Shown in pieces: positions 63,366 to 64,000 of a DNA stretch of 64,000 bases. The DNA lies in IMG/VR virus record IMGVR_UViG_3300028048_000060, positions 1 to 64,000 of that record. The stretch is one strand, 5' to 3'. A program made the translations under genes and the position numbers. How positions within the stretch are numbered: position 1 is the stretch's first letter; the number at the start of each line of letters is the position of its first letter. This DNA is from a virus. Taxonomy: Duplodnaviria; Caudoviricetes. Below the pieces are notes generated by a model, which saw only the letters and a list, made by a program, of their open reading frames with translations, was not told where the DNA came from and did not search any database.

Positions 63366-63482
63366 GAGCTTCTAAGTGATGCCTTTAAAAACATCTAAAA
63401 TATTTTAAAATCTTATATCTATATAATAAACATGATTTAAATGCTTTGATGCTTTTTCAGAAACATCTAAACTTCGAATATT

Positions 63483-63535
63483 TTTGACTTAAACCCAAAA
63501 TATGTCTTGATTTTTCTTTTAAAATACATTATAAT
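63483..63535 (+). promoter_or_regulatory. early promoter with upstream palindrome-like site
   Basis: TTTGACTT-A-AACCCAAA; TTGATT-17-TATAAT-AATAAACATAAAG. Confidence 0.8.
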
Positions 63536-63575
63536 AATAAACATAAAGCAAAGATATCAGAGAAAGGACATAACA

Positions 63576-63803
63576 ATGAAATTCAAAGAACTTTTCAAGA
63601 CACTTAGAATTTGTAAAGTAGAACTCTATAATCAAAAGTCTCAGACGGGAACACCATTCTTTAAAGGAAGACCAAATGACCTTCATCTTTCAACATATCT
63701 TGATATCGAAGAAGTAGAAGTAATTTCCATAGATGCTGTTTATGAGAATGGTGACTGTATCATGCTTATCGTTCTTAAAGGAACTTGGGGAGAAAGAGAA
63801 TGA
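63576..63803 (+). CDS. hypothetical protein (small family domain)
   Basis: ATG 63576 after AAAGGA. Confidence 0.6.
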   Translation: MKFKELFKTLRICKVELYNQKSQTGTPFFKGRPNDLHLSTYLDIEEVEVISIDAVYENGDCIMLIVLKGTWGERE

Positions 63804-63988
63804 CAGTTTCAGATATGGAAATTTACGAACCCCAGAGACAGTATTTGGAGTCTTTGGGTTTACTGAGTTGCAGTGTTATTTATTACGAACAGTTATGTGA
63901 CTCGTTTATAGTCGCTGTAGAGAGCGTGTTTAGTGACGCAACTGAAGAAGCCAAAGAAGGGAACGAAAAGAATGCCTGCTGTTTTTAA
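63800..63988 (+). CDS. hypothetical protein
   Basis: ATGA overlap; RBS GGGGAG. Confidence 0.5.
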   Translation: MTVSDMEIYEPQRQYLESLGLLSCSVIYYEQLCDSFIVAVESVFSDATEEAKEGNEKNACCF

Positions 63989-64000
63989 TACTGTTGACGA

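Noticed and set aside
63507-63575. Upstream TTG start for the 63507 ORF (similarly 31018 and 25530)
   Set aside because: These extensions run through promoter or leader sequence; downstream ATGs have proper RBSs
1-64000. tRNA/rRNA genes and stop-codon reassignment
   Set aside because: No cloverleaf or T-loop motifs were noticed in intergenic gaps (not scanned computationally); conserved genes are full length in the standard code and use all three stop codons

Overview
64-kb AT-rich segment of a large T4-like myophage genome. Its organisation recalls Campylobacter-type T4-like phages (several tail-tube paralogues, a Cas4-like nuclease, a Hef-like endonuclease). Two-component spanins point to a diderm host. 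Core genes include primase, clamp loader, DNA ligase, ThyX, baseplate/tail genes and the gp2-core-gp21-gp22-gp23 head module. Transcription signals are about 13 sigma70-type promoters (exact 17-bp spacers) and T4-type TATAAATA late promoters. Highlights: (1) a clamp-loader gene fractured by a naturally split intein, with a free-standing nuclease between the halves; (2) an apparent early operon joining RtcB RNA repair to a complete deamidating NAD+ salvage route (Nudix, PncA, NMNAT-like, PncB, NadE), a candidate anti-defence NAD reconstitution pathway distinct from NARP1/NARP2; (3) an unannotated ArfA-like 54-codon ORF that runs through its own terminator (non-stop mRNA design); (4) an intact TnpB plus a separate orphan omegaRNA/right-end relic, both at promoters; (5) unrelated proteins sharing an MKF(K/R)...E leader, probably capsid-targeted cargo; (6) a palindrome at a fixed position upstream of early promoters, and a dispersed ~45-bp element. 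All calls come from motif recognition by eye; no database searches were run.
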